Shown: positions 1-16,393, numbered from the stretch's first letter. The stretch: 64,000 bases of DNA from the human T2T-CHM13v2.0 reference genome, Homo sapiens (GCF_009914755.1 NC_060939.1), one strand, 5' to 3'. The notes: generated from the letters alone by a model not told the origin. Numbers and translations are program-made.

Positions 1-194
1 GGCTGGTGGGCATAGAATCTGGGGCAGTGGGAGGAGGGGCCAGGGTTAAAGGTCAGAGAGGTTGTTTACATCACTGGGCTTTCATTAGCCCCCCAACACC
101 AATGCAAAGGGAATGAGCCCCTCTTCCTCCCCATGAGGGGCTGCTGACCTCTTTGAGACTTCTGTTTTCTTTGCAATTCTCCTAAAACTGCAAA

Positions 195-1777
<1,583 letters not shown>

Positions 1778-2026
1778 AAAATGTTTTGTAGAGATGGGAA
1801 ATTTTTGAGTCAATGTTTTACTTGGTTAAAAAAAACGTGTATGCCACTTAGCATTTGTTAACTCAGAAATGAACATTTATGCCACTGAAAAGTATACGTA
1901 ATTTTAAAGTATTTAGTAGTAGTGAGGCCAACTGCTTCACCTATGAGACAGCAAACATCAGAAACAAGGGTGAGAAGCTGTGTCACTTCAGCTAGGGCAC
2001 TGGAACTGCCCATGATGCTTGCCTGA

Positions 2027-2528
<502 letters not shown>

Positions 2529-2608
2529 TGACGTATAATTGATATACGATAAACTGCACATGTGTAAAATGTACAATTTAAGTGTTGACATATACACCTG
2601 TGACACCA

Positions 2609-3487
2609 TGTGTGAAAAAACCAACTCATCTGTGTTTTTCCTCTGCTTTCACACCATAACAATCAACACAGAAGGCTTCTGTGATCAAACGTGTTGGGGG
2701 TTGTGTTTTCCCCACCAGGAAGCAACCAATCAATTCTGCAGCCAACATCAGCTAGGTGTCCTCCAATTCAATTCTGACACTATCTACCTGGAGATAGCGT
2801 CGGATACAGGTTGAGGGCTCAGTGCCCAAGATGGCTCCTGTCCACACTCAGGCACGTATAAGTCTGGGCCTTTGGACCTGGTGACTATGAACTGGGGTTC
2901 CCACAACCCCTCTTTGGTTCAGTGAATTTGCTAGAGGGGCTCACAGTACTCAGGGAAACGTTTATGTTTACCAGTTCATTACAAAGGATATTTTGAAGGA
3001 CACAGATAAACAGCCAGATAAAGAGAGACACAGGGAGAGGTCTGGAAGGGTCCTGAGGACAGGAGCCTCTGTCCTGGTGGAGTTGGGATGCACTACCCTC
3101 CTGGCACATGGATGAGGTGTTGTTCAGTTCCTTGTAAGCCTCCAAATGTTCAGCTGTCTGAAATCTCCCCACATCCAGTCCTCTTGGGTTTTTATGGGAG
3201 CTTCATTACATAGGTATGATTGACTACATCACTGGCCATTGGTGATCAACTCAACCTTCAGCCCCTCTCCCCTCCCTGAGGTTGGGGAATGGGGCTGAAA
3301 GTCCCAACCCTCTAATCCTGCCTTGGTCTTTCCGGTACCAGCCCCATCCCGAAGCTCCTAGGGAGCTACCAGCCACCAGTCAACTCATTAGCGTAGGAGA
3401 GGACATCACTTGAAGAGTCTGAGGATTTTAGGAGTTGTATCCCAGCAAACAGAGTTGAAAACCAAATATATGTTTCACAGTATCACA
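2609..3487 (-). mobile_element. MER21-like ERV LTR inserted in an old L1 fragment
   Basis: TG...CA ends; reverse-complement homology to 60705-61850 (CATTGGTGATCAACTCAACCTTCAGCCCCTCTC). Confidence 0.65.
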
Positions 3488-4425
3488 GACACCATCACCA
3501 CCAAGACAGCAGACTTGTCTATTACCCTGAAAAGTTTTCTTGAACCACCTTTTCCTCCTTCCCTCCCTGTTCCCCACCTCCACCTCCAGCTCAGGCAACC
3601 ACTGATCTGCTCCATCACTATAGATTAATGAGCGTTTTCTAGATTTTTGTAGAAATGGAATCATATGGTATGTAGTGGTTTTTTGTTGTTGTTTTGGCCT
3701 GGCTTCTTTCACATGGTGTAACTATTTTGAAATCCATCCACGTGGCATGCATCAATAGTTCATTCCATTTGGTTGCTGAATAGCGTTCCTTTCTATGAAC
3801 ATACCACGATTTAGCCATCCATTCATTGGGCTACTACATGTAAAGTAGCTGGGAACATTCCTGTGCAAGTCTTGGTATGGACAGATGCTTTTATTTCCCT
3901 TAGGTATTTATGGATGGAATGGCTGGATCATATGGTAGGTGTAATGTCACTTTTTATGGTACTGCCAAACTGTTTTCCATTTTCTGTTGCTACCAGGAGT
4001 GTGTGTGTTCCAGTTCATCCACATCCTCATTAACATTTGGAATAGTCTTTCTAATTTTAGCTCTTTTTTTTTTGGCAGAGTGTCACTCTGTCATTCAGGC
4101 TGGAGTCAGTGGCATGATCTCAGCTCACTGCAACCTCCACCTCTCCGGTTCAAGCAATTCTCATGCCTCAGCCTCCAAAGTGGATTACAGGTGGGCACCA
4201 CCACACCCAGCTAATTTTTTTTTTCTTTTTAGTAGAGATGGGGTTTTGCCATGTTGGACAGGCTGGTCTCAAACTCCTGACCTCAAGTGATCCGCCAACC
4301 TCAGCATCCCAAAGTGCTGGGATTACAGGCGTGAGCCACCACTGCGCCCAGCCTAGCCTTTCCAATAAGTGTGTAGTGGTATCTCATTGTGGTTTTTAAT
4401 TTGCATTTTCCTAATGACTAACAAT
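3488..4425 (-). mobile_element. Old L1M 3' fragment with an inserted Alu (about 4063-4353)
   Basis: L1M motifs (CAGGCAACCACTGATCTGC, GGAATGGCTGGATCATATGGT, TTTGCATTTTCCTAATGACTA). Confidence 0.65.
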
Positions 4426-4754
4426 GTGGTCTTGGGAGACATACTCTCAAAATGGGACTGAGGAGAGGATCGCTCAGCTATTTAAGGAATGAGCAACAGC
4501 ACTCTGGTACTTACTCAATGGCAGGCAGGGGCATCATGGGCATTCAAAGTACCCATGGCCATGGCCGAGGAAAGTGGACGAGAGCAGAGCGAGGCAGTGG
4601 AGGCCAAATGGCTGTGAAGCAGGCACAATGGCAACGAGGATGACTATGAAGAAGGTGGGGTCACCTGGCTGCTTTGGATGGGCCTTGAGTGTGTACAGGG
4701 AAAAGGACAAGTTAAAGTTACTTAGGATCCAATGCAGAACACAGATGAAAATTG

Positions 4755-5262
4755 AGGTCGCGAGTTCAAGACCAGCCGAGCCAACATGGTGAGACCCTGT
4801 CTCTACTAAAAATACAAAAATCAGCTGGACGTGGTGGCATGTGCCTATAGTCCCAGCCTCCCAACTGGGAGGCTGAGGCAGGAGAATCGCTTGTACCCAG
4901 GAGACAGAGGTTGTAGTGAGCTGAGAACCCACCATTGCACTCTGGCCTGGGTGACAGAGCGAAACTCTGTCTCAAATAAGTAAATAAATAAATAGAAAAT
5001 AAGAGAAGAGACACAGACACTGAAAGGTGATCACGTGAAGCCCATGGCAGAGATGAGTGATGCAGCCATAAGCCAAGGAAAGCCTGGGGCCACCAGAAGC
5101 TGAAAGAGGCAAGGAAGGATCCTCCCGTCGAGGCCAGGAGGGAGCATGGCCCTGCCGACACCTTAAGTTTGGCCTCAGAAACTGGGAGAAGCAATGCCTG
5201 TAGTTAGAAGCTGCCCAGTCTGTGGTCATTTGTTCCAGCAGCCACAGGAAGTGAATGCAGTG
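4755..5262 (+). mobile_element. 5'-truncated Alu joined to an MLT1-type MaLR LTR 3' part (left arm of an inverted duplication)
   Basis: Alu right arm with TAAA tail, then MLT1 motifs (GGAGCATGGCCCTGCCGACACC, GCAGCCACAGGAA). Confidence 0.8.
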
Positions 5263-5752
5263 AGTTCTAGCCCTGCTGGAATTCCCCCATCCCCTGTAGT
5301 TGTAGGAGAGAAATGGCTGAAGCCCAGCCCAGGCCTGGCTTTAAGGTCTGCAGAGCAGCATTGCCAATGAAATGCTGACCCCTGTCAGGTCCCTAATGCT
5401 AAGGGCACTGATGGGAAAGAAGCGGGACCCTGAAATATGGGTCGACACAGAGGAGGCTGAGAATTGAGAATGCTGAGCCTCCCAATCCCTTCATCTCAGC
5501 CCCCTGCCTGCTTCCTCCTGCAGAAACAGCTTTCACTTAAGGTACTGGGACAGTTGTCTCTCCAGCTGCTGCTGATCCTGCAGGCTTCACTCTCATCACC
5601 CCTCACAACCTCCAGGCAATGGAGAGTCTGATTCCAGAAAATCCCAGATCGAAAAGTACAAGGCTCACTGTACACAGCCATCACTGAAAATGTAGTATGA
5701 CTTCATCCATCCCTGTGGCAGGAGTCTGGGAAGAATCATGGCCACGGACTCC

Positions 5753-5816
5753 AAGGGTGTCAGGAGGAGGAGAATGGATCCTAAGGGTGTCAGGAGGAGG
5801 AGAATGGATCCTAAGG
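5753..5816. repeat. 30-bp perfect tandem duplication
   Basis: AAGGGTGTCAGGAGGAGGAGAATGGATCCT twice. Confidence 0.95.
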
Positions 5817-6318
5817 CTTGCTGGAGTCCAACTTCAGGAAAAGGAATTCAGGGTTTACTGTGCTGGCCGGAGCACTTGGGGTGGTGTTCGTATCCATTGA
5901 GAAAGTTACCTGTGCCTGCAGTCAAGGTGGCCTAGGGACAGCACCCCAGGAGAGGGCCTGAACGGACTGCATAGAAGGGCTCCCTGCATGCATACAGGTC
6001 AGCCTCCTGGGGCAGGAACCGGGTGGAGAGTAGATGTGGAGGGGCAAACAGACCTCATCCAGCACGGCGCAATCCCACTGCCCTCCAGCCGGCCTTCCTC
6101 TCATGCTGCTCAGGAGTCCTGGTTCTCCCACCAGCACTTGCTTTATGCTCTGATGAAGGAATGTCCTCTGGACCATCTCTGGGGAGCATTGTTGGGGAGG
6201 GGTGCTGAGCAAGCTACACGTGGTACATCCATGCAACTTGCGTGTGCCCTGAGCCTTGGGACCATATCTCGTCACATGCGAGGGAAATTCCGAGAGTTGA
6301 ACTGTGCTTGCCAAAGGC

Positions 6319-7450
<1,132 letters not shown>

Positions 7451-7485
7451 TCACCTTGAGTGCAGGCATCGGTTAATGAGCTTAG

Positions 7486-7841
<356 letters not shown>

Positions 7842-9152
7842 TCAGCTGGGCTCAGCCAATGGGAGGCACAGGCAGAAAGACTGGTGGGTGGGAGGAGACT
7901 AAGGTCATTTATCGTGGTCCTTCTCACTGGGTCACTGAGAGCTGGCGTCTCTATTGAAGGCTGGTCTCTGTCGGGCGGCCCTCCCCCCAGGTCCTGGTAA
8001 CTGCTCTCAGGTTTGGGGGCATTAAAGGTTCCCCGATGTTGCTAGCCACCCGGATTGTATCATGCCTAACCCTGTCTGCACCCTGGCAAACAGCTCGTTT
8101 ACTGAACGCTCCTCAGCCAGCCAATTTGAGATGCCATTTCCGGCTGATACAGGCCATGTCCTAGGCTCTTTTGGGATTCAGGTGGAGTGTATTGGTCAGA
8201 ACAGGAGTCTTCACATTTGCCGGGTAACTCTCTTGCTTATAAATTTTGGGGATGATCCTCAAAGATCAAGTTGGGGCAGTTTTGATCCAGATGGGGAGAA
8301 GTTTCACAGACGCAAAGATGTATACTAAGGCTGTGTGACCCGGAAGACTCCCTTCTACTGCAAATGGCCAGTTTCTTCCCCTCCCTGCATCTACGCCTTT
8401 GCAATGTGACTCGACAGCTCCTCCCACCGAGAGGCTGTGCCTTCCTCCAGCCTTTGCGTTGGGACTGGCCTTATGAATTGCTTTGACCCGTGGGAAGGTA
8501 GCAGTGTGGAGCAAGCAGCAGCTTGAAAAACTTGGGCACACAGTCCTTGGAAATGAACAAATCCGGGTTAGCCGCAGATGCAGAAACACATGGGCCAGTC
8601 GCCTGTCGCCCAGCTTAGCGCCAGCCAGCGGGCAGATGTGGGGGAGGCCACTGGGCCCTGCCAGCCGCCAGCTGACCACAAGCATGAGTGCAGAGCCAGC
8701 CCAGCAGAATCTTCGGGATAAATGGTTGTTTGAAGTCATTACGTTCAGGGCAGTCCAGATGCTGGAAACACTGAGCTGACCATCTTCCAAATCAGAGGTC
8801 ACCCTGGCAAGCTCACTTCTCTTGCATTTTTTCATGATGAGCCCTTTTTATTACAGCGTTTGCCATTGTTTGGGTGATGATGAAGAGAAGCCTGAAGTGA
8901 GCTGAGTGGAGGCTTGGAATAGCTACTTCAAAGAGAAGCGGGCTTAACCTGTATCAACATCTGCAGACGTGCTCTCCTGAAGCTGGTCTGGTGGCACTGT
9001 ATGACCCCCTCTCAGGATGCTGAAGGCAGCAAGGGGCCAGTGAAGGTCCCTCAGAACCTGCAAAGGACCACGTAGACCCCAAGACGGACATAGCTACTCA
9101 GGAGTGTTAGGAGCTGTACTAATACTGAACACTAGAGTCTCCTGGTTTGTGG

Positions 9153-9468
9153 TTGTTATGGATTGAATGTATGTGTCCCCCCACAAATTAGCATTTGAAA
9201 TCCTCACCCCCAAGGTGATGGTATTGGGGGGGTGCCTTCGGAGGTTAACTAGGTCATGATGGAATTAGTACACCTATAATGGGGGCCCCAGAGCTCTCTC
9301 CACCACGTGAAGACACAACGAAAAGTTGGCCATCTGCAGCCTGGAAGAAGGCCTCACCAGAACCCGGCCATGCCTGCACCCTGATCCTGGACTTCCAGCC
9401 TCCAGAAACAAATGCCTGGTGTTTATAAACCACCCAATCTGTGGTACTATTACGGCAGCTAAGACAGA
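9153..9468 (+). mobile_element. MLT1A-like MaLR LTR
   Basis: TGTTATGGATTGAATG...GACTTCCAGCCTCCAGAA...CTAAGACA. Confidence 0.7.
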
Positions 9469-11292
9469 GGAAAAGGTTGTTTCATCTCTAAATTATTTCC
9501 TACAACTTCCAACCCCTACTTCCACAGAAGTGGAATCTGTAGCTACAGAATAAACCTAAGTTAGGTCTTCGTAAGTCACATCATTTCTTACTGGAATGTG
9601 TATTTCCCATCTATGGGCCTTCATCAGCTATCGTCATCTACTTCTGTGGCCATGCAGTGCTCGTCTTCCCCCACAGATGTCAAGGCCCTCAGGGCGGGGC
9701 CTGTGTTTACACTGTCCACAGCATCCTCGGCACCCCCAGGCCCATTCTGAGCCTTTAGTTCCCCAGAGCCCATAATTTTCTGTGAGTTCTTCGAAACAGA
9801 GCATTTGAATTGGGGTATGAGACACTGATATTTTATCATAAGCCACGATTACCCGTCTACAGAATCACTAGAAGATGCGTTTGCACATATGTGGTATCCA
9901 CAATGCCACTTTCGCCACGTGACATTAGTGATGGTTTCCTTCTTGCCTTTTCTAACTCCATGAGGTGGGCGCTTATGTCAGGGCTTGTTCTAGTTGCCGG
10001 GGATGCACCCACACACCAAAGAGACCACTCCTTTTGTCTTGGAGTGAAGAAAAGACACAATTACAACGAAATGTGACAGTTGTGCCAGAGGAAGACTGGA
10101 TGCTCCGAGCACACACAGCATTCACTGCAACCTGACTTCTTCCCCTTAGTCAGGGGAGAAAGGGGGAGACACACTGTGTCAAATGTGGCCAAGAGAACAG
10201 GTCTAAAGACAGCTCTGGGCACCCCAGGGGTTTCAGGAAGGTGAGAAAAAGCAGCAAAAGAGAACAAGGAGTGGCCAGAAACGTAGGAGAAAGCCAGGCA
10301 AACTCGGTGTTTTGGAAGCCAAGGGAGGTGTTTCTTCAGGAGTGCTCAAGGACCGCAAAGGATGCTAACTTCAGGCGAGGACCGAGGCGACCCATCACCC
10401 CCTGCCACACGTGACCTGAAGAGCAGCTTCAGCAGAATGGATTTAACAGCAAATGCAGGAAGAGAAATTAGGGAACACAGAACACTTTTTCAAGACTAGA
10501 GACCATGGCACAACTGGCAAAGGAGAGAGGTGTGGACTGTCACGGGGGCTAAGATCCAGTGTGTAGAGTGTTCCAGAAGGGAGGGCTGCGAGGAGGGGCA
10601 TGTAGGAAATGTGCTGTCAAGTCAAATACAGCGAGACCAAAATTCCACTGGCACGAGAAATGGGATGAACTCAGTAAGGGCACCTTCCACATCGCTAAGG
10701 AGTAGGGTGAGAAACGCCCACCCAGAGGCACCCAGGGCTGCGCATTTGACGGGGCCTTGCTCTTTCCAAGAAGAGACAGACTTGGCATGTTACCTATCTG
10801 AAGGGGGCGCAGAGTGGAGTCCCTGAGGAGAGGATGGGATCCAGGCGGTGATGGGATCCAAACGTGGTCGTTCAAGTCTTTTCTCCTCAAACATTTAGCC
10901 AAGGGCACAACTCTATCTCCTAAGCATTCCAATTGAAGACTCTTGTGTGTTCTGCCCCACAATTTACTCATGTTGCTCCATGATTGGGATAGGGTGCGTC
11001 ACACATTATCTAAAACTTCACAGCTCCCAGTGTCTGTCCCAAACTCCTGCCAACTGCCAGGACACACCGCGAGCCCCACAGCAGCCTCTGCTGGTGGACA
11101 AGGTGAGCACATGGCCTAGGTTTGAAGCATGGTTTTTATGGCTCTGGCCGTCCCTTCTTCCCCAGGGGCCTCAGCTTTTGGCATTTGCACCTCTGCCCCC
11201 AATTTCTCATTTTTTCAAGAAAGGTCCAAGACCTGCTTTCCCTGGCAAGCTCAGTCCACCTTTCTGAAATGCTTAATGCCCTAGATCTGTAA

Positions 11293-11628
<336 letters not shown>

Positions 11629-12054
11629 ACATAACTGTTTCATTAGCTGCAAGAAGCTTCCCACACCTTGATGACTTAAGGCCTTTGGCTAATATGAACA
11701 CAAGGATGAAGTAGACTACAGCGAGTAGCGTTGTGGACCAGTTACTAAGCCCATCTAAGCTTCAGTTTCTGAAAACCAAGGTTAGTAACATACCCGTTTC
11801 ATAGGATTCTAGGGGGATCAAACAGAAATGGACACTCCTGCCACGTGGTAAGTGCTCTTCAAATGCTATTACACAACGCAAGTTTCCCCTCCCCTCCATT
11901 ATCTCCTAATCATTCTCCCTGACACCCTCCTTCCACCCCTACCAAAAGGTGCTAGATGCAAGGGGGGCATGCAGAATTCAAGCACTGTTTCTCCCCATGG
12001 AAAAAAATCAGGTTTCAAGGTAGTCAGTCACATCTAATAGTGTACTTAAACATA

Positions 12055-12677
12055 CCCCTCTACTTTTTGTCGTTTATTTCTATTTATAACAAACTCTTGT
12101 GTTGAGGGCTCTTGATGGACGGCAGCAAGGGAGCTGCTCTGCTGCATATGAAACCCCGACCCAGAGCCCCTCTACTCATGCGATGTGTAGTTGACAGCCA
12201 CTTCACAAACATTTTCAGCTACAGAAAATATATTCAAGGAAGAATGTTAAAAAGTTTCCTTATAACCTACAAGGGGTTCTCTCTAGATGTAAACAAATCT
12301 GGATGAAATATTTTAATCCAAGTATACCATTTCCCACGTCGTAAATCTTCTGGGCTGGTGGGAGCCAATCCAGTTACACACTGGAAGGGGAGTGAGGGTC
12401 CCAGGGCTTCCCCACACCTCACAAGGCCCACCCTTGTTTCCACTGACCCTCTCTTTGACCTGAAACCCCCAATTGCCTCCACAGGCAAAACAAAACTCAA
12501 ATCTCTCTAGACTCAAAGACTTAAGACTATGCCAACCTATTTGTTTGTAATTACACTGCTCAAGGCTCCTGTTTCCTCTCCTTCAGCCATTCTCCAGAGC
12601 GCTCCTCAAGAGATTTTAAGTCTCTCACAGCCAGACTGTATTTCCCTTGGTCAAGAAGCAACCACGGAATATTCTAC
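12055..12677 (-). other. SELENOS: Alternative non-coding terminal exon of SELENOS (SECIS-lacking transcript)
   Basis: Acceptor TTTGTTATCTCCTGCAG|GTAGAA at 12677; AATAAA at 12073-12078; could pair with the donor 7 nt after the stop codon. Confidence 0.65.
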
Positions 12678-12789
12678 CTGCAGGAGATAACAAATGTTGA
12701 CTAATTTATGTATGAGACCATTCTATAGTACTTTTGCAGCGAATTACCCCCTATTCTGAAGGTTAATGTTTTTCCTTCTGATGATCTAG

Positions 12790-12950
12790 ACGGGGTCCAC
12801 ACACTACAGCATTCAGCCCAAATCCAGCCCATGAGCAGAGAATCTTTTTTAAAAACAATCCTTTAAAAATATAAAAACCTAAGACTATGTGACAGAGATC
12901 ATATGTGGCCTGTAAAGTCTAAAATATTTACTGTTTGGCTCTTTATCCAA
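12790..12950. mobile_element. MER58-like hAT fragment
   Basis: GACAGAGATCATATGTGGCCTGTAAAGTCTAAAATATTTACT motif. Confidence 0.55.
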
Positions 12951-13242
12951 AACTGCTGATAGTGCCTCTGGACAAGAGCGTAAAAGATGAGTCATGGCGT
13001 AAGGGAATAACTGAGAGGTCACGTAGAAACCTGGTCAGCCTATGAGGAACCTTGAGGCACGATGTTTCTTTATCCCAGTAATTCGGCAACTCGACTCCAA
13101 GCACCCAATTTTGTGGATGAACCCCAAGGAGTCTGTCAACTTTCAAAATCACGGCAGCTGTCTGCCACTTGCCAGACTTATTTTGGGTGAGTAATAATAA
13201 ATAGAGAAATAAGTAATAGTTGGAGGTTGTAATAAAAAGCTA

Positions 13243-13248
13243 TTTAAT
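13243..13248 (-). terminator. SELENOS: Poly(A) signal ATTAAA for the SECIS-containing SELENOS mRNA
   Basis: TTTAAT on +, about 140 nt downstream of the SECIS, followed by U-rich sequence on the minus strand. Confidence 0.6.
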
Positions 13249-13379
13249 GTTTGATAGACAAATTGAAGTCCATAAATCTCCTTGAATAAAGATGCTAAAA
13301 ATGTTATTCTTGTTTTTTAAATAGTTTCGTTTTTACAAAGTTCTGTACATAAAAATAAATATACAGAAACAAACCCCAT

Positions 13380-13452
13380 CAACTGTCCACATCAGTAATC
13401 CTCACTGGTGGGCTCACCATTGATAAGGAAGACATCATTCAACGCAACCTGT
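13380..13452 (-). promoter_or_regulatory. SELENOS: SECIS element (type II) in the SELENOS 3'UTR
   Basis: Minus strand reads AUGA-UGUCUUCCUUAUC-AA-UGGUG-AGCC-CACCA-GUGAGGAUUAC-UGAU: AUGA/GA core, bulged AA, apical mini-stem. Confidence 0.92.
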
Positions 13453-13766
13453 CACAGAGACTGTCCTAGCAGCAAGGATTTCTAACCTCAAAAGAACATT
13501 ACTAGGCCTCTTTTATCAAGATTGCTAATCATCTAGAGGCCTTTACCTACCAACTAGCAATTAACCATGAAATCAATGAATGCAATCACTGTCTCCAAGT
13601 AGAATGTGACCAATGACCTCATGCCTAGAGGCAACATCTATACCTTTTGCTGACTGGAGCCCTGACATATGCAGGTGTAGTTAGGAACAGAAATCAACCC
13701 CACCTCCCCTTGGCTAGTCACTGTGAAAAGCGTGCGTAAGGCAATTGAATCGAGGGTTAAGGGTTC

Positions 13767-13800
13767 ATCTTGCTAATGTCAAAAGTGACACTAACAAGAT
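13767..13800 (-). promoter_or_regulatory. SELENOS: Stop-proximal stem-loop in the SELENOS 3'UTR containing an alternative 5' splice site
   Basis: AUCUUGUUAGUGUCA-CUUU-UGACAUUAGCAAGAU: 15-bp stem with two G-U pairs; donor CUU|GUUAGU (GT at 13795-13794) lies in the 5' arm. Confidence 0.85.
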
Positions 13801-13802
13801 TC

Positions 13803-13888
13803 TTAGCCTCATCCGCCAGATGACGGGCCTCTGCGTCCAGGTCTCCAGGAGCAAGCTCCGCCTCCTTCACCAGACAACGGGTTATAAC
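13803..13888 (-). CDS. SELENOS: Selenoprotein S exon 6 ([26 protein letters not shown]-Sec-G-stop); UGA at 13809-13811 = Sec188, true stop TAA at 13803-13805
   Basis: Acceptor CTCCCAG|; ends GGC GGA TGA GGC TAA; exon lengths 76+135+107+90+76+86 = 570 nt = 189 aa + stop; SECIS downstream. Confidence 0.96.
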
Positions 13889-15451
13889 CTGGGAGGACAG
13901 AAAAGCAGCACAACAGTATTGATAAAAATCTGAAAATCTGGGAACATTGTATATCCACAATAAAATTATGAGAGTGACACGCAAAGCACTGCAAAGATAC
14001 AGATCCTAAGGGACATTTAAAAAAACCTTTTAGCTATGTGAAAAAAAAAAAAACCTTTATATTGTGATTGCCATTTGAACTGATTGTCTGGTGGGGAAAA
14101 AAGTCATTCAGCTTCTTTGTCCCAACCTCCGAAACACATGCAAAAGGGTCACCAAAAAACTCTCTGAAGAGGGCCTGATTTAAGTATATGAATCCTCCTA
14201 TCACAGTGCTTACTAAAACTCATACATTCAAATAAGGGCTGTTCACGCTACAGAAAACAGATTAAAAAAAATCAAGAGTCAAACTTGTCACTTCTACCAG
14301 TCAGAACGGGGTCTTCTGTATCCTTCCCTACCCCCAACCACCCCACTCCCTCATGAGCTTCCCAAAGTCAGTGCACAACTGGTAACCTGGTTGAGTGCTA
14401 AGGTTCTAGGGCCACCCAGAACTTAAATGTTACTTTTACTCCTTACTTATAGTGGAATCTTTGGGCAATTAAACACTGTGCCTCAGTTTCCTTATTTGTA
14501 AAGCCAGGCTAGTCAAAAGTCCCAGCTCAGAAATGCTGGGGATGCTGAAAGAGGCCGTGCAGGCAAGCACACCCTGCATTCCATCTTCTACGATTTCCAT
14601 TCCTCTCCTAAATATCACCTCTATGTGTCTAAAAATAAGCTTCCGGCAGGACCATTTAAAAATAGCATTTTCTTTCCAGATGCATCACCTTCTCTACAGC
14701 AAGCCAGGTTTAGTCTTCTGACACAAAGGGGATTACAGCTCAGTGTTTAAGGTCAGCCAAGTCTGTGGCCCTGCTGCCTTGGAGCCCATGCCCCAGTCTT
14801 TCCTCAGTCCTCAAAGACACCATCAGGGCCTCTGCGGTGCCCCTCTCCTCCTATGGAGGATACAAAATCTTCCGCCTTGGTTCCTACAGTGTTCTAGTGT
14901 GTTTGTTCTTTCCTTCCTCAGCAGTAACTTGCAACTCTTAGCCAGAATCACCAAGGATTGCTTATTTTCGTTTGTGAGTCCCATCTTCCCAGATTTGAAA
15001 TTCTCAGGGATGGGATGAAGACAGACTGCTGTGGCATCATCCAGAGTCCCCGGGGCAGTGCTGCACACAGGAAGCAGCTTTGGATGAGCATCTGTCTGCT
15101 ACTCCTTGTTATTTGCAAGAAACAAGGTGGTCCCAGCCAGAAAGACCAAAACCACTGTGTTCCAGCTCCTTGACACTCATCTGAAGATTGGCAGACAATT
15201 CCTCACCCTACTTAGCTCTCCCTCTACGGGGCTGCAGAAGGATCAAGTTAGAATACTATAAGTACAATCCTTCTAAGTACTTAGTGAGGACCTAGGAGGT
15301 GATTTGCATCTGTTTCCTTTATTGAATCTTCACAATCCTAAGGAATTAGTCTTAATTTATGGACAAAGAAACAAACAATCTTGTTCCTAAAAGGTAACTA
15401 TATCCTGTAAGTGTTGAAAATCTGTTAACATTTGACATCAGTGGTGCTTAC

Positions 15452-15527
15452 CTCCTCCCCGCAAAGGCTTTCTGTCCGATTTCCGTTTCAGGACAGATGA
15501 AGTGGAAGGCCCAGGACTGTCTTCCTC
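15452..15527 (-). CDS. SELENOS: Selenoprotein S exon 5 ([25 protein letters not shown])
   Basis: Follows a 96-nt intron; acceptor AAACAG|, donor GAG|GTAAGC; 76 nt. Confidence 0.95.
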
Positions 15528-15623
15528 CTGTTTGAACACACACAGTAGTGTAAGAAGCAATTAAAACATTCTACTTGGCAATCTTCATCTACCGCATGCC
15601 AGCCGGCCGAGGTCTCCAGTCAC

Positions 15624-15713
15624 CTGGGGCTTCTTTGCATTTCCTTTGTAACTTTTTCCTTCTTGCATGCTGTCCCACATTTCAATCTTCTGTCTCCTTT
15701 TTTCTTCTTCAAG
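15624..15713 (-). CDS. SELENOS: Selenoprotein S exon 4 ([30 protein letters not shown])
   Basis: Acceptor TTCTCAG|, donor CAG|GTGACT; 90 nt. Confidence 0.95.
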
Positions 15714-16286
15714 CTGAGAAACAATCACATTTTACAGAAAGAATTCAGAAGCTGCCATTTCTCTCAAAGACAAAGCTAACTCTGATAATTCTTAATTTAA
15801 ATGTCTTTCAGAACAAACTTCACCCTCGTTTTCTTTAGTTAATAAAACTGTTGTGATCTGGTAGTGTGAGTTTAACTCACATAGAGCAGCTTTGGTTTTT
15901 GTACACTATTAAAGAAAGCAAAATGTTTCATGAAAAAGATTACTGACTCCATTCTTCTGAAACTCACTCCTGTCAGGACATTTTTGGTAATGGGGAAGAC
16001 ACAGGCACATGCACACACACACTCACATGCTCCCTGCTCCAGCCTGTCCCTCCTTTTGTGCTCTGGACCTTTCATGGTAATATATTCACACATCTAGTGT
16101 TCCCTAACAATCGTGTATTCTTCTTGATATCACCAATACTTACATGGTAGGAACTGAAATGCTTATTGAATCTAATGGGATAGGACCTGGTCCTAGAAGC
16201 TTATAGACAACACAGACACAGGCATCGTTAGCCACTAAACCTCAGACAATTTCTATGCACACATTCAAACTGAAACCAGTTCATAC

Positions 16287-16393
16287 TTGTTTCAGTTTTT
16301 CCTTATGCTTTTCAACTTGCGCATTTAGTTCTTCTTGCATTTTCAGTCGAGCAGCTGCTAAAGCTTCTTGTCGTTTAACAACAACATCAGGTT
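16287..16393 (-). CDS. SELENOS: Selenoprotein S exon 3, VCP/p97-interacting helical region ([36 protein letters not shown])
   Basis: Acceptor ATTTTAG|, donor CAA|GTATGA; 107 nt; peptide visible in ORF 16281..16511. Confidence 0.96.
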
